Shown: in pieces, positions 1 through 9,686 of the stretch
How positions within the stretch are numbered: the first letter of the stretch is position 1
Layout: each line of letters opens with the position of its first letter
From: a bacterium
GTDB taxonomy: Bacteria > Zhuqueibacterota > Zhuqueibacteria > Residuimicrobiales > Krinioviventaceae
Assembly (NCBI GenBank): GCA_963674595.2
Contig: CAXXFV010000016.1
Location: 480,001-544,000 of the forward strand
Length of the DNA stretch: 64,000 bases
Direction: 5' to 3'
Translations under genes and position numbers: made by a program
The notes under the pieces: model-generated
The model's database searches: none
Told to the model about the DNA's origin: nothing
The model's input: the letters and a program-made list of their open reading frames with translations, nothing else

Positions 1-111
1 GATTTAATTCCCAAATTGGCCAGGTATTCTTTGGAAGACCCTTGCATCGCTACGAATCCAATTATGCCGACCCAGAAACAGGTAGAAGATTTATATAATG
101 AAGCATTCTAA
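1..111 (+). CDS. C-terminal fragment of an iron-containing alcohol dehydrogenase-family protein (ErcA-like), truncated by the window edge
   Basis: Frame 1 reads DLIPKLARYSLEDPCIATNPIMPTQKQVEDLYNEAF* (TAA 109-111). D-P-C-x-x-T-N-P...LY is the typical Fe-ADH C-terminus. It overlaps the ATG of the next gene. Confidence 0.7.
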   Translation, partial: DLIPKLARYSLEDPCIATNPIMPTQKQVEDLYNEAF

Positions 112-865
112 TGCCGAAAATAACGCGGCCCATAAACGGAATAAAATTATCGGCCTTGGTGAAAGATCACACAAAAAGAGTTATTATCCGCAATTAAAAC
201 AGCGTATTAAAGAGCTGGAAGAAAAATCTGAAAAATTGTCCGCTGCCTTGTATGAAAAAGAAGTTCTCTTGAAGGAGATTCATCATCGGGTAAAAAATAA
301 TCTACAGATCATCAACAGCTTGTTAAAACTTCAAGCCAACAAGATGGATGATGATAGAGTATCAAAGCTGCTTCATGAAAGTACCAATCGAATTAAATCC
401 ATCGCTATAATCCATGAAAGTCTCTATAGGGATAATAATCTGGCTGCTGTTGATTTTTCGGCCTATGTGCACCGAATGGTAATGTATCTCAGGCAGATGT
501 TTCCGTCTGATGAAAAGCCAATTAGCTGGGAATATGCAATTCAGCCAATTTCATTAACCGTCGAACAGGCTATACCCTGCGGATTGATTATCAATGAGCT
601 GGTGAGCAATGCACTTAAATATGCTTTTTTACAACATGATGTTGAAAAAAAGATTATCCGTATTGAATTTGCCAGGTGTGAAAAAGAGTTTTGTTTAAAG
701 GTGCAGGACAACGGATGTGGTTTACCTAAAAATATTGATACAAGTAATACTGATTCCCTGGGACTTCATCTGGTCAATATTCTGGCCACCGGGCAGTTGG
801 AAGGTTCGTTATCTGTTGATAGGGAGAACGGTACTTTATTTACAGTTAGGTTTAGCCATGAGTGA
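98..865 (+). CDS. Cytoplasmic HisKA_2-type histidine kinase with ErcS-like N-terminal peptide
   Basis: H-box EIHHRVKNNLQ, N-box ELVSNALKYAF, G-box DNGCG. No TM segment. N-terminal IIGLGERSHKKSYYPQL followed by a coiled coil. Confidence 0.9.
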   Translation: MKHSNAENNAAHKRNKIIGLGERSHKKSYYPQLKQRIKELEEKSEKLSAALYEKEVLLKEIHHRVKNNLQIINSLLKLQANKMDDDRVSKLLHESTNRIKSIAIIHESLYRDNNLAAVDFSAYVHRMVMYLRQMFPSDEKPISWEYAIQPISLTVEQAIPCGLIINELVSNALKYAFLQHDVEKKIIRIEFARCEKEFCLKVQDNGCGLPKNIDTSNTDSLGLHLVNILATGQLEGSLSVDRENGTLFTVRFSHE

Positions 866-980
866 TAGGGGACATAATTTACTAAACATATATTTTTTAT
901 AATTGTCCGGGTTAAGATGGCTATCATAAAATGATGGTTTTTTAGTAGGGCGTAAACTATAAATAAATATTATTTCATAT

Positions 981-3365
981 TTACAATCTTACCCGAATAC
1001 CGATGGTCGGCAAAAAGGGAATCCAATCATATTTAAAATAATATGTCAAGTTGTCGTTTTTTATCTTTCCGGGATTGGTGCCGTTGATCATATTTTGATC
1101 CAGATAGTTGTATTTTAATACATTGTGATGATTGTAAACATTGTAAATTTGTACAAACGGCGCTGTGCTCCAGCGTTTTGGGCCAAGCTCTTTGACAAAG
1201 CCGATATCCAGACGGTGCTGCGCCGGATAACGCACATCTCCGGACGTTGTTGCTACGGATTCTTGAAAATAACCGGTATAATAGGGTTCTCCGGTTTCTC
1301 TGTCCAGCACAAATTGTCGGTACCAAGTGGGGTGTCCGTCGGCATCATAGGGCGCCCCGGAACTAAACTGCCATGACGTTGTGAAATGCCAGTTGTTTTT
1401 CATTGGAATGGTCAGGTTGGTATAAAGTGTATGCCGAACGTCATAGGCCGGAAACAGCACTTTGCCTTCAAGTGTGCGGCGGGTTTGCGCCCAGGTATAG
1501 GCGAATTGAAAGGACATGTGTTTCCATGCCGCTTTTGCCGAACATTCCAGTCCGGCAGCCCTGCCGTTTATGTTGACAAGTTTTGGGCCTCCGCCTGTTG
1601 ATGCGAGCAGATTGTTGAATTTTCGGCCGTACATGTTCAGCGACAGTGTGTTGACACCGGAGCCGAGTTGGAAACCCAAAACAGCCTGGTCTGCTGATTC
1701 CGGCCGGGTCGGAAAGTGCAGGTCCAAAAAGCCGACCATGCCGCGTTCTCTGGCGGTTGCAATGTTTTGATAAAACCGGCCTGCGGAAAAGGTGACAAGC
1801 AGCGGTGAATATTTTTCATAACGCATGTTAAACCGGGGGGAGAGCGTTGGCTGGAATCCTTCCAGTTTTTCCAACCGCACCCCGGGGCGTAGTGTCAGTA
1901 GCGGTGTTGGGGCAAAGGTCGCTTCAGCAAAAAAAGCGCCATAGACACGGTTTTGCACAAAGTGCAGGTTTGGTGTTTGCTCAGAATAATCAAAATACAA
2001 TTGCTGGTCCTTATCAATGTCGGTACCAAAATTTTGCCAGGTATAGTGAAAGCCATAAAGGCTGACTTGGCTTCCCAGCAGCCAGGATGTTTTTTCAGAA
2101 ACGTCATACAATACATTCATTTTCAGGGTGTTGTTGCTGAAACTGTTTTTAACAAGAGTTTGATCGTTGATATATTTAAGCAGGCTGTCTTTGATAGCGT
2201 CATAGGCCAGGCGGTCCCCGCCGCCGAATTCAATGGAAGTTTCGTGTTTGTTCCTGTTGTTGCTTTTGGAATAGACAAACGTGGTGGTAAACAGCAGATT
2301 GGGCTGGTAAAAATGTTCCAGCCGCACCCAGGCGCCGGCACTTGACCAGGGGAACCGGTAATCTTTGGTTGTTTGATAAGCGAAAACAGGCTCTCTTTTA
2401 TTTTCTACATAATAGGGACCATAGCTGGTATTGTCATTATACATCACATCTGTAAAGAGGGTAAATCCGCCTTCCAGCACGGTTTTGTCGTTTATCGGCC
2501 GGCCCCAGCGGTTGTTTATATCGTAAAAATAGTAGGGCAGTTTTTTCCCAAAGGCCTTTAAAAAAACATCCAGATAGGTGCGCCGTGCCGCCAGGCTCCA
2601 GTGCAGTTTGCCGAAATCTTTTTCGTAAAAAAAACGGCTGCTGATCAGACTGACGGCCGCATCGCCGCCTGTGTTGTTGTATTTAAATTTTGTGTGCACC
2701 TTGGTAAGCGCGCCCAGGCGATTGCCGTAGCGGCAGGACATGCCTCCCGGTGAAAAGGCAACCCGGTCGACCATGCTGCTGTTGATGGCGGAAAAAATCC
2801 CCAAAAGATGGTGGCTTTGTGTCAGCGGGATATCATCAATCAGGACCAAATCATGGTCTGAGGATCCGCCGCGAACATGAGGTTCTGCGGCAAGCGGGTT
2901 TTTGCAGGTAACGCCCGGCAGGGTGGTGATAAAACGGTACAGGTCCGGTTCGCCGGTAAAGGTGGTGTTGCGTATTTCACCGGCATCGATAATTCGTGCC
3001 CCGGTTTCCATTTTTACCATACTGTCATCGGCCCGGTCCCGGATGGCCTCTATACGCACGGCCGGCATGTCCAGAACTGATGGTGTCAGGCGAATAAGGA
3101 TGGCTGCAGCGGCGCTGGTTTTATTGACGGCTATGCATAATTTTTTATAAGCAATATGCGAAATGCGCAACGTGTCGGATTTTTGATGGAGCGTTAGTGA
3201 AAAACAACCGTTTTCAGGCGTTGTCATCCCTTTGCCGGAGCTTAAAAGCCAGACATTGGCGCCGGTTATCGGCTCTTTTGTCTGTTCATCGATAATACGT
3301 CCTGTTAACGGTCCTGATGCAAAAACGGGTTTGAGGAAAAGTAATAACAGCAGTAAATAACGCAT
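981..3365 (-). CDS. TonB-dependent receptor with carboxypeptidase-regulatory-like N-terminal domain
   Basis: Signal peptide, GRIIDEQTKEPITGANV N-domain, plug (LPGV...VRGG..D..LVLID), C-terminal NVYNHHN...IGIRVRL beta-strand. Confidence 0.88.
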   Translation of the reverse strand: MRYLLLLLLFLKPVFASGPLTGRIIDEQTKEPITGANVWLLSSGKGMTTPENGCFSLTLHQKSDTLRISHIAYKKLCIAVNKTSAAAAILIRLTPSVLDMPAVRIEAIRDRADDSMVKMETGARIIDAGEIRNTTFTGEPDLYRFITTLPGVTCKNPLAAEPHVRGGSSDHDLVLIDDIPLTQSHHLLGIFSAINSSMVDRVAFSPGGMSCRYGNRLGALTKVHTKFKYNNTGGDAAVSLISSRFFYEKDFGKLHWSLAARRTYLDVFLKAFGKKLPYYFYDINNRWGRPINDKTVLEGGFTLFTDVMYNDNTSYGPYYVENKREPVFAYQTTKDYRFPWSSAGAWVRLEHFYQPNLLFTTTFVYSKSNNRNKHETSIEFGGGDRLAYDAIKDSLLKYINDQTLVKNSFSNNTLKMNVLYDVSEKTSWLLGSQVSLYGFHYTWQNFGTDIDKDQQLYFDYSEQTPNLHFVQNRVYGAFFAEATFAPTPLLTLRPGVRLEKLEGFQPTLSPRFNMRYEKYSPLLVTFSAGRFYQNIATARERGMVGFLDLHFPTRPESADQAVLGFQLGSGVNTLSLNMYGRKFNNLLASTGGGPKLVNINGRAAGLECSAKAAWKHMSFQFAYTWAQTRRTLEGKVLFPAYDVRHTLYTNLTIPMKNNWHFTTSWQFSSGAPYDADGHPTWYRQFVLDRETGEPYYTGYFQESVATTSGDVRYPAQHRLDIGFVKELGPKRWSTAPFVQIYNVYNHHNVLKYNYLDQNMINGTNPGKIKNDNLTYYFKYDWIPFLPTIGIRVRL

Positions 3366-3381
3366 AAACTACCCTTTTGGT

Positions 3382-4158
3382 TTAAGGACAACGGATATAA
3401 ATTGTGTGTTTTTTTAATCGCATGGACCCAAACACCCCCCGTGCATTGGGAAATGGCGACCAATGGGTATCATCGAAACCCGTCATACCGGAATTCAAAA
3501 AGTTCCTGCCGTTTGCCCATTTTGACAAGGCCGTGTCCAGGGCAGCGACATTGATTTGCATTTGCTCCGGCAGTCTATAGTTTTCTCCATAATTAAAAAA
3601 AAACGCAAAAAAATGTACAGTTTGGGGATGATAACTTTGGCGATAAGATCTATAGTGTGGGGGCAAAGTCCAGGTGGCATAGGAACCGGCCCCGTTAAAG
3701 TTAGAAAACACAAATGTGGTATCTATATGTAAAAAAGATGTCGTATTCAGTTCATAGCACGCCTGCAGGGTGTCTTTGTCCTGCGGCCAGATGACCTCAA
3801 AGTCACCGGGAATGGTGGTAGACGCCTGAAATGTTTGCCCGTTTTGTGTTGTAACCTTGAGCGAATAGGTGTGTAACGGCTGGGGTAAAAATGTTTGACT
3901 GTCTGTTTTGTAATACCCCGGTTCTGATGGATTTAAAACCCATTCTTTGTCGCCTTGATGAATGCTGACCTGGGCGTTGGTATAGTCTTCCGGCTGTTCA
4001 TAAATAGCGTATGTGCCGACATAAACGCCCTGTTCGCTATATTCCGGGGACAAGATGCCGTAAATAACAAAACGTTCCGGGAGCGCCTCTTTGTTGACCG
4101 TCGGCATTTCTTCACATGCAAAGACAAAAAGCAAAAGAAAAATCAAAACTTTTTTCAC
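3382..4158 (-). CDS. DUF4249-like lipoprotein, partner of the TonB-dependent receptor
   Basis: Lipobox VFAC, GYY and ASTTIP motifs, C-terminal NARGVFGS. GGAGGAG RBS before the GTG start. Confidence 0.7.
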   Translation of the reverse strand: MKKVLIFLLLFVFACEEMPTVNKEALPERFVIYGILSPEYSEQGVYVGTYAIYEQPEDYTNAQVSIHQGDKEWVLNPSEPGYYKTDSQTFLPQPLHTYSLKVTTQNGQTFQASTTIPGDFEVIWPQDKDTLQACYELNTTSFLHIDTTFVFSNFNGAGSYATWTLPPHYRSYRQSYHPQTVHFFAFFFNYGENYRLPEQMQINVAALDTALSKWANGRNFLNSGMTGFDDTHWSPFPNARGVFGSMRLKKHTIYIRCP

Positions 4159-4655
4159 AGGTTCTCCTCCATACCTGTTTTGTATGATTGATTTGTCGCT
4201 TAATTCGTATTATGATATGTTTGGTGAATATTAAAACCCTGTAATGAATAAAAATTCAATAGCCAACAAATGCCCTTGGGCCGCTGTTGTGATATGGATC
4301 CCTTGTATGTTTAAATTGGAATTGAAATAATATAAATAAAAAGAGTGAGTTTGTCAACTTTTTATAAAGGTGCCTTTTTATTGTAAAATTGAATTGTTGT
4401 CTCGTGTGATACAAAAGATATATTAATTTTTTGTTTTTGGCATGTGTTCCTTGATAACTTGTTCAACTGTTTCCCGTGTTATTGTAATTCTTTTTCCATC
4501 CAGAGTTTCGGTTTCATGTTTTTCTCCGGGAGCTAATTGTTTTGCCGCTGTGCGCATATTTAGGGCCCGTGCTTGCCACTGCCTGTGGATGGCCTGAGAG
4601 CTGATTAGAGGAGAAAGCTGTTTGGTTTTTAAATTATCATTTTTCTTGGCTGGTT

Positions 4656-5420
4656 TTAATCGCCGTTAAAAAATATTTCTTTAATGGGTATTCCATGATA
4701 ACTGTTTTCATCGATTTTGGTCCAGCCAAGCAGTCCGAATGGTGTTTTAAACAAATAATTGTCGTCCTGTGCAAGTAATACAATGACTTGAGTTCCTTTG
4801 GGCAGTTTTGCAACGATATTTTTATAATTTATATTTTCATAAAGGATGACATCGGCTGTAGTTTTTGATTCAATACCGACAAAATAGAATGGTTGTTTTG
4901 TTTCAATGATATCATTGTTTGAAAGAGAATATTTTTTTCTATGATTAAACATGTTATCCGTATGACCGCATGTATATAGGCAGCCATTTCCCGGAATGAA
5001 TAATTCAGTCCCTTTTAATGAAGAAATATGTTCTAAAGAATCTTGATGGACTTTGTAAATCGAAAAACCAGGATCCGCACTTGGTTCTTCTGAAAAGTTA
5101 ATTACATAATAATCATTTGATTGATTATAAATTTTTGTTTTTAGGACCTGCAATACTTGAAAACCATATACAGAAATATTTTTATTTATAATAACAGAAG
5201 TTTCAGGATTATAGTGAATTTTTATCGGCCACTTTTCATCAATTGTTAATGTTGCAAGCCCTTCAAACGCCGTATTTTGTTCTTTTGGATTGTTTAAACT
5301 ATCTGGTTTAACAACGAGTAAAGAGTCAATATTTTTTGGGGATGTGGTATCGAATTCAATTTCGTTTTTACATGATAAACTCAAAATCAATATGAAAAAA
5401 AGAAGCATTTTTTTCAGCAT
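4656..5420 (-). CDS. Hypothetical lipoprotein with SH3-like C-terminal region
   Basis: Lipobox LSC. C-terminal VAKLPKGTQVIVL...KTPFGLLGW resembles a bacterial SH3-like domain. Confidence 0.6.
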   Translation of the reverse strand: MLKKMLLFFILILSLSCKNEIEFDTTSPKNIDSLLVVKPDSLNNPKEQNTAFEGLATLTIDEKWPIKIHYNPETSVIINKNISVYGFQVLQVLKTKIYNQSNDYYVINFSEEPSADPGFSIYKVHQDSLEHISSLKGTELFIPGNGCLYTCGHTDNMFNHRKKYSLSNNDIIETKQPFYFVGIESKTTADVILYENINYKNIVAKLPKGTQVIVLLAQDDNYLFKTPFGLLGWTKIDENSYHGIPIKEIFFNGD

Positions 5421-5501
5421 TTTTTATCTCGTTTTTTATTTTTTGTAATATTTAATAATTATGGCCATTTGGAATTTTATTGTCTGATTCAGCATAAAAT
5501 T

Positions 5502-6689
5502 TTACCAGCTTTTAGATATAGATATTTTTGTAATTGTCTGTTCTCTCCATTCTCCGGATGACAAATGACTGTCCGCCACAATCACACCTAACGCCCAGGT
5601 GCTGAAGTGGACCTCCCCGCCAAGCAACAAATATTCTGCCCGGGTCTGTTCATTAAGATATTCATTTTCCTTTGGATAAAAACTGTTGTCAAACAGGTAT
5701 CCGGTTGTTAGTGTAAAAATATCCTTAAAAAAATAATTCATGGCAAAAGAACAATCCAGTGTATTTTCATAATTTTTATCAATATTACTCCAATATTTAT
5801 GAGATAATTCCATACCGAACCTGACCTGTTTTATGGGAAATAACGAAACACCGATATGGAGTTTGTTGGGTGTTTTGACAAAGAATGTAGGTGGTTCAGA
5901 ATCATCTTCAACACGATCAAATTCCGTATCTAAATGATCTTCCCCTTCTGAAACGAGGACAAATCTAGTTGATTTATATTTTGGATGATTCTTTAAATAG
6001 GAGCCTTTATTATAATACAGACCCAGACAAATGATTGAAGAATAGTCAAGATTTAAACCTGCCTTCCAGGAAATCCCAATGTCCCTTGTTCTTCTTTCCG
6101 ATTTGCAAGTTTCAGTATAGTCTAAAAGATGGTCCACATCCAATTGAACTCCAAAGTTGATCTTTATGTTATGGATTGAGGTTAATTTTGTTGCTAACAG
6201 TGCTGAATAATGTAGGATACTTGTACTATTACTATCAGTGATATACTCTCTCTTCCACTTTGAATTTGATAACGTCCTGATCATATATTGCGGCCATTTA
6301 ATGGCGGAATTTAATTTTTGAGAAAAACCCAAACCAGCGGTTACACTTTTAATCGGGAGCAGGAACACAAATGACTGCGGTAGACAAGTAAACCTTCTAT
6401 CATGGCTCAGCGAATAATCTGTTATATCTTTGATTTTTGAATCAAATTCAAATGACACACCAACAACCGGCCGTGTTATGTCTGCTGATAACGCCGGATT
6501 GGCATTAACAATATGAGTAGCAGAGGAAAACGTTGATGGCGTATACCCAAAGGCATCCAGTTCATGCAGTACATATTGCTGCTGGTATGGTGCAATATTG
6601 TATTCTTCCGGATTCTCACTGACAGTCCATTGAGATGAAGCACTATTACATAAAAGAAAAATAATAAATAAAATGGTTTTGAATTTCAT
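5502..6689 (-). CDS. Outer-membrane beta-barrel protein (FadL/OmpP1-like)
   Basis: Signal peptide, NPA motif (ANPALS), amphipathic beta-strands, terminal aromatic W. Confidence 0.55.
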   Translation of the reverse strand: MKFKTILFIIFLLCNSASSQWTVSENPEEYNIAPYQQQYVLHELDAFGYTPSTFSSATHIVNANPALSADITRPVVGVSFEFDSKIKDITDYSLSHDRRFTCLPQSFVFLLPIKSVTAGLGFSQKLNSAIKWPQYMIRTLSNSKWKREYITDSNSTSILHYSALLATKLTSIHNIKINFGVQLDVDHLLDYTETCKSERRTRDIGISWKAGLNLDYSSIICLGLYYNKGSYLKNHPKYKSTRFVLVSEGEDHLDTEFDRVEDDSEPPTFFVKTPNKLHIGVSLFPIKQVRFGMELSHKYWSNIDKNYENTLDCSFAMNYFFKDIFTLTTGYLFDNSFYPKENEYLNEQTRAEYLLLGGEVHFSTWALGVIVADSHLSSGEWREQTITKISISKSW

Positions 6690-7068
6690 ATTACTATTTC
6701 AAATTAAATTTTATTTGAGACAGGGTCTTTGTTTTTATTTATGTCCTGAATAAAATCGTTACATATAATGGGATTGTCAATTATCGGTAAACATCTAAAA
6801 GTACATTCCACCCACTCTAACAAATTTGAAAAACTACAGGAATGTGATTTTAGTAAAATACAACCTATTCCTCATATCATCTAAAACCCATATTTTAGTT
6901 TTGGAAAAATAGTAAAAAGAATCCCGAAAACACCCCGGATATATCTTTTTACGGATAAATGATTATACAAAATATCAGACTGTTGCGCAAGATTTTTTTA
7001 GTATTATACAATATATCAAGCAGGAGGGAGAGATGATTACTTGCGAATTCTTGGTGAAATCGTTTTTA

Positions 7069-8232
7069 TCATTTAGCAGGATTTTCGCACCAAATAACCT
7101 GCAGGCCCCTTTCGTCTGTGGTAAAAGCGTCCAGGTCTCCGTCGTTGTCGACATCGTACAAGGTAACATCGTCGAATTTACCGCCGCTTGCAATTTTTTC
7201 ATAGGTCCAGTGGCCTTCTATATTACCGTCGTGTTTCAGGATACACATCACGGCATATTCATAAGCTACGACAATTTCTTGCTTACCATCCAAATCGATG
7301 TCGCCAACCGCAATTCCCTTGTTGTTCGTGTTGGGCAGATCGATCTCAATGATTTGCCATTTTTGGGAATCTTTAGCGAGTCCGCGAAATATCCACATAG
7401 CCTTGGCTTCCATAAGCGGCGCAATAACATCAATAAAGCCGTCATGGTCAATATCTGTTGCTTCTACAAAACCAGCCGAACTGCCGGGCTCACCGACGTC
7501 GTGCACATTCCAGAATATTTCCTGCTGCGGCCCGACACCCGGATTTTCAAGCCATTTTACTCCCTTGTTTATCGTACGGACACCCAGCAGTACGTCCTGG
7601 TCGCCGTCACGGTCCATGTCCGTTGCCATAAAGCCCATCATCCAGCCGCTTTTGTCCGTAATGACATGCATCTTCCATTGCGACAAATCCCGTGCGTTGG
7701 GTGGTGATTCAAACCAAACGACGTTATCGCCTTTTCCGGCGGCAAGTATATCAGGACCATTTTTACCGTCAATTTGCAGGGGAATGGTAATCATCCATTT
7801 TTGCACTCCCATGGACAATGGGATAGGTTCGGTCTGCCAGGCGCTGTTATCCATATAGTCGCCTCTGTTTTTTGGCGCCCAGTGAATATAGATATTCATA
7901 TTTTCTGAGGCGCTTATTACATCGAAACTGCCGTCACCATCAAGATCGCAAAAGACCGCGTCTTCAACAGGACCGGTTTGACCGACTACCACCTTGGGCC
8001 ACGGTTTTTTAACATTGGCAACTCCGGGATGAATATAAACCCGGCTTTCACCGGCTTCTTCCCATCCCGAGGTTATATCAAGGAGCCCGTCACCGTTTAC
8101 ATCGGCAAACCGAACACCGTCCGCACCCTGGCCTTCATGATCTATACTGTGGACTTTCCACTCTTTAGCAAGTGCTTCTGAATAGAAACAAGCGGCAAAG
8201 ACAATGCTGATTGTAACAATCAGGTTTTTCAT
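7069..8232 (-). CDS. Secreted FG-GAP/VCBS repeat beta-propeller protein
   Basis: Signal peptide plus six or more DxDxDGxxD repeats (DVNGDGLLD, DLDGDGSFD, DMDRDGDQD, DIDHDGFID, DIDLDGKQE, DVDNDGDLD). Confidence 0.88.
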   Translation of the reverse strand: MKNLIVTISIVFAACFYSEALAKEWKVHSIDHEGQGADGVRFADVNGDGLLDITSGWEEAGESRVYIHPGVANVKKPWPKVVVGQTGPVEDAVFCDLDGDGSFDVISASENMNIYIHWAPKNRGDYMDNSAWQTEPIPLSMGVQKWMITIPLQIDGKNGPDILAAGKGDNVVWFESPPNARDLSQWKMHVITDKSGWMMGFMATDMDRDGDQDVLLGVRTINKGVKWLENPGVGPQQEIFWNVHDVGEPGSSAGFVEATDIDHDGFIDVIAPLMEAKAMWIFRGLAKDSQKWQIIEIDLPNTNNKGIAVGDIDLDGKQEIVVAYEYAVMCILKHDGNIEGHWTYEKIASGGKFDDVTLYDVDNDGDLDAFTTDERGLQVIWCENPAK

Positions 8233-8356
8233 TATGCCTCCTTAATCCAATGAAACACATCATCGAATACAAACTGTAAAGGGCATTATAGTTTTTTATG
8301 GTCTAAACAGATCAAGTTTTATGTTTTCAAATTTAATTTTTTATTATTAATAAACC

Positions 8357-8387
8357 AATAATACACATATTGTGAAACCAGCGCAAG
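8357..8387 (-). promoter_or_regulatory. Putative sigma70 promoter, copy 1 of a 31-bp element shared with 61991-62021
   Basis: Minus strand reads TTGCGC-N17-TATTAT, upstream of the FG-GAP gene. Confidence 0.5.
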
Positions 8388-8534
8388 CGAATTTTAAAAT
8401 AAAATGTTTTGCCCCCTTTACTGTTACATTTGTTTACTTGATCGCTTTGGAGTTTTTCTTAAATTAAAACCAGTAAATTTTATTATAAAAATTAAATTTT
8501 TTGACAAAAAATTCGGATAATTATAAGGGAGAAT

Positions 8535-9569
8535 ATGTTGATAAGAATAAAATTTCTGGCTGGTTTATTGGCTATTGTACTTTTATCCGGTTATGTTAGA
8601 GCCGGTGAACTTTCGCTAAAATTCAATGACGGAACATTCAAAATTTTAAATATTTCCGATACTCATTTTGGCGTGAATAAGGATGAGCGGGGCATTGCCC
8701 TGATAGAAATGCTGGTTGAAACGGAAAAACCGGACCTGATTATTGTTAACGGAGATATGGCAGGTCCGGGTAAAAAATTTAAAGATATGAAAAAGGGCAT
8801 CTCTTATCTAACCGATGTTTTGGAAAAGACCCGGGTGCCCTGGGCCGTTACCTTTGGCAACCATGATGCTGAAACCGAGCATTTGTACGGCGTTTCCAAA
8901 GTAGAACAGATAAATATTTATGAGCAGTGTGCTCACAATGTAAACAGCGGCTGGCAAAAAGATATATCCGGTGTGGGGAATAAAAACCTTCTTATTATGG
9001 ATTCTAACGGATCAAAGCCGGTTTTTAATATATGGCTGCTGGATTCTTTTAGTGATGCAGCAGACCCTGCCAATAATTATGAGTGGCTTCATGCCGACCA
9101 GGTGTATTGGTATTACAGCACTTCAAAGGCTTTGGAAAAAGAATATGGAAAAAAGATCCCGGCCCTGATGTTTTTTCATGTTCCGCTTTTGGAAATAAAA
9201 CAAATGGTTGCCGGTAGTAAAATAATCGGCAGCCGTCAGGAACCGGAAGTGACATCAAATATCAACAGCGGGATGTTTGCCGCCATTTTGGATCGGGGTG
9301 ATGTGAAGGGCCTTTCCCATGGTCATGATCATCAAAACAATTATATGGGTATATGGAAAGGCGTGATGATGGGTTATTCCGGGGTGACGGGTTATAATTG
9401 TTATCCTCACATTCCAAAGGATGACCCTGCGAATAATCATATCCGCGGCGGCCGGGTATTTTTAATCAGAGAATCCGAGCCCGGCAATATAAAAACCTGG
9501 ATGCGTTTTGCCGGCGGAGAAAAAAATTGGGAAACTGAAAGTTATATAAAGTATAACCTGAAAAAATAA
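8535..9569 (+). CDS. Secreted calcineurin-like metallophosphoesterase (Dcr2-like)
   Basis: Motifs SDTH, NGD, GNHD, HVP, GHDH. Signal peptide. Confidence 0.88.
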   Translation: MLIRIKFLAGLLAIVLLSGYVRAGELSLKFNDGTFKILNISDTHFGVNKDERGIALIEMLVETEKPDLIIVNGDMAGPGKKFKDMKKGISYLTDVLEKTRVPWAVTFGNHDAETEHLYGVSKVEQINIYEQCAHNVNSGWQKDISGVGNKNLLIMDSNGSKPVFNIWLLDSFSDAADPANNYEWLHADQVYWYYSTSKALEKEYGKKIPALMFFHVPLLEIKQMVAGSKIIGSRQEPEVTSNINSGMFAAILDRGDVKGLSHGHDHQNNYMGIWKGVMMGYSGVTGYNCYPHIPKDDPANNHIRGGRVFLIRESEPGNIKTWMRFAGGEKNWETESYIKYNLKK

Positions 9570-9601
9570 TGTTGCCCCTCAAAGTATAAAAATTAAAAAG
9601 T

Positions 9602-9638
9602 GGCAGGTTGGTGTTATGATGATGCTTTCCAACCTGCC
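9602..9638. terminator. Hairpin between convergent genes, probable terminator
   Basis: GGCAGGTTGG-N17-CCAACCTGCC inverted repeat. No strong U-tract. Confidence 0.5.
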
Positions 9639-9686
9639 GTTGGCTATGATATAGGAATGTTGTCTTTTATGCCGACCAAATTTAAT

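Noticed and set aside
7033-7858. Long plus-strand ORFs (224 aa and 186 aa)
   Set aside because: They are antisense shadows of the FG-GAP gene with no recognisable motifs. The same applies to the long antisense ORFs in the RND, rarA and S9 genes.
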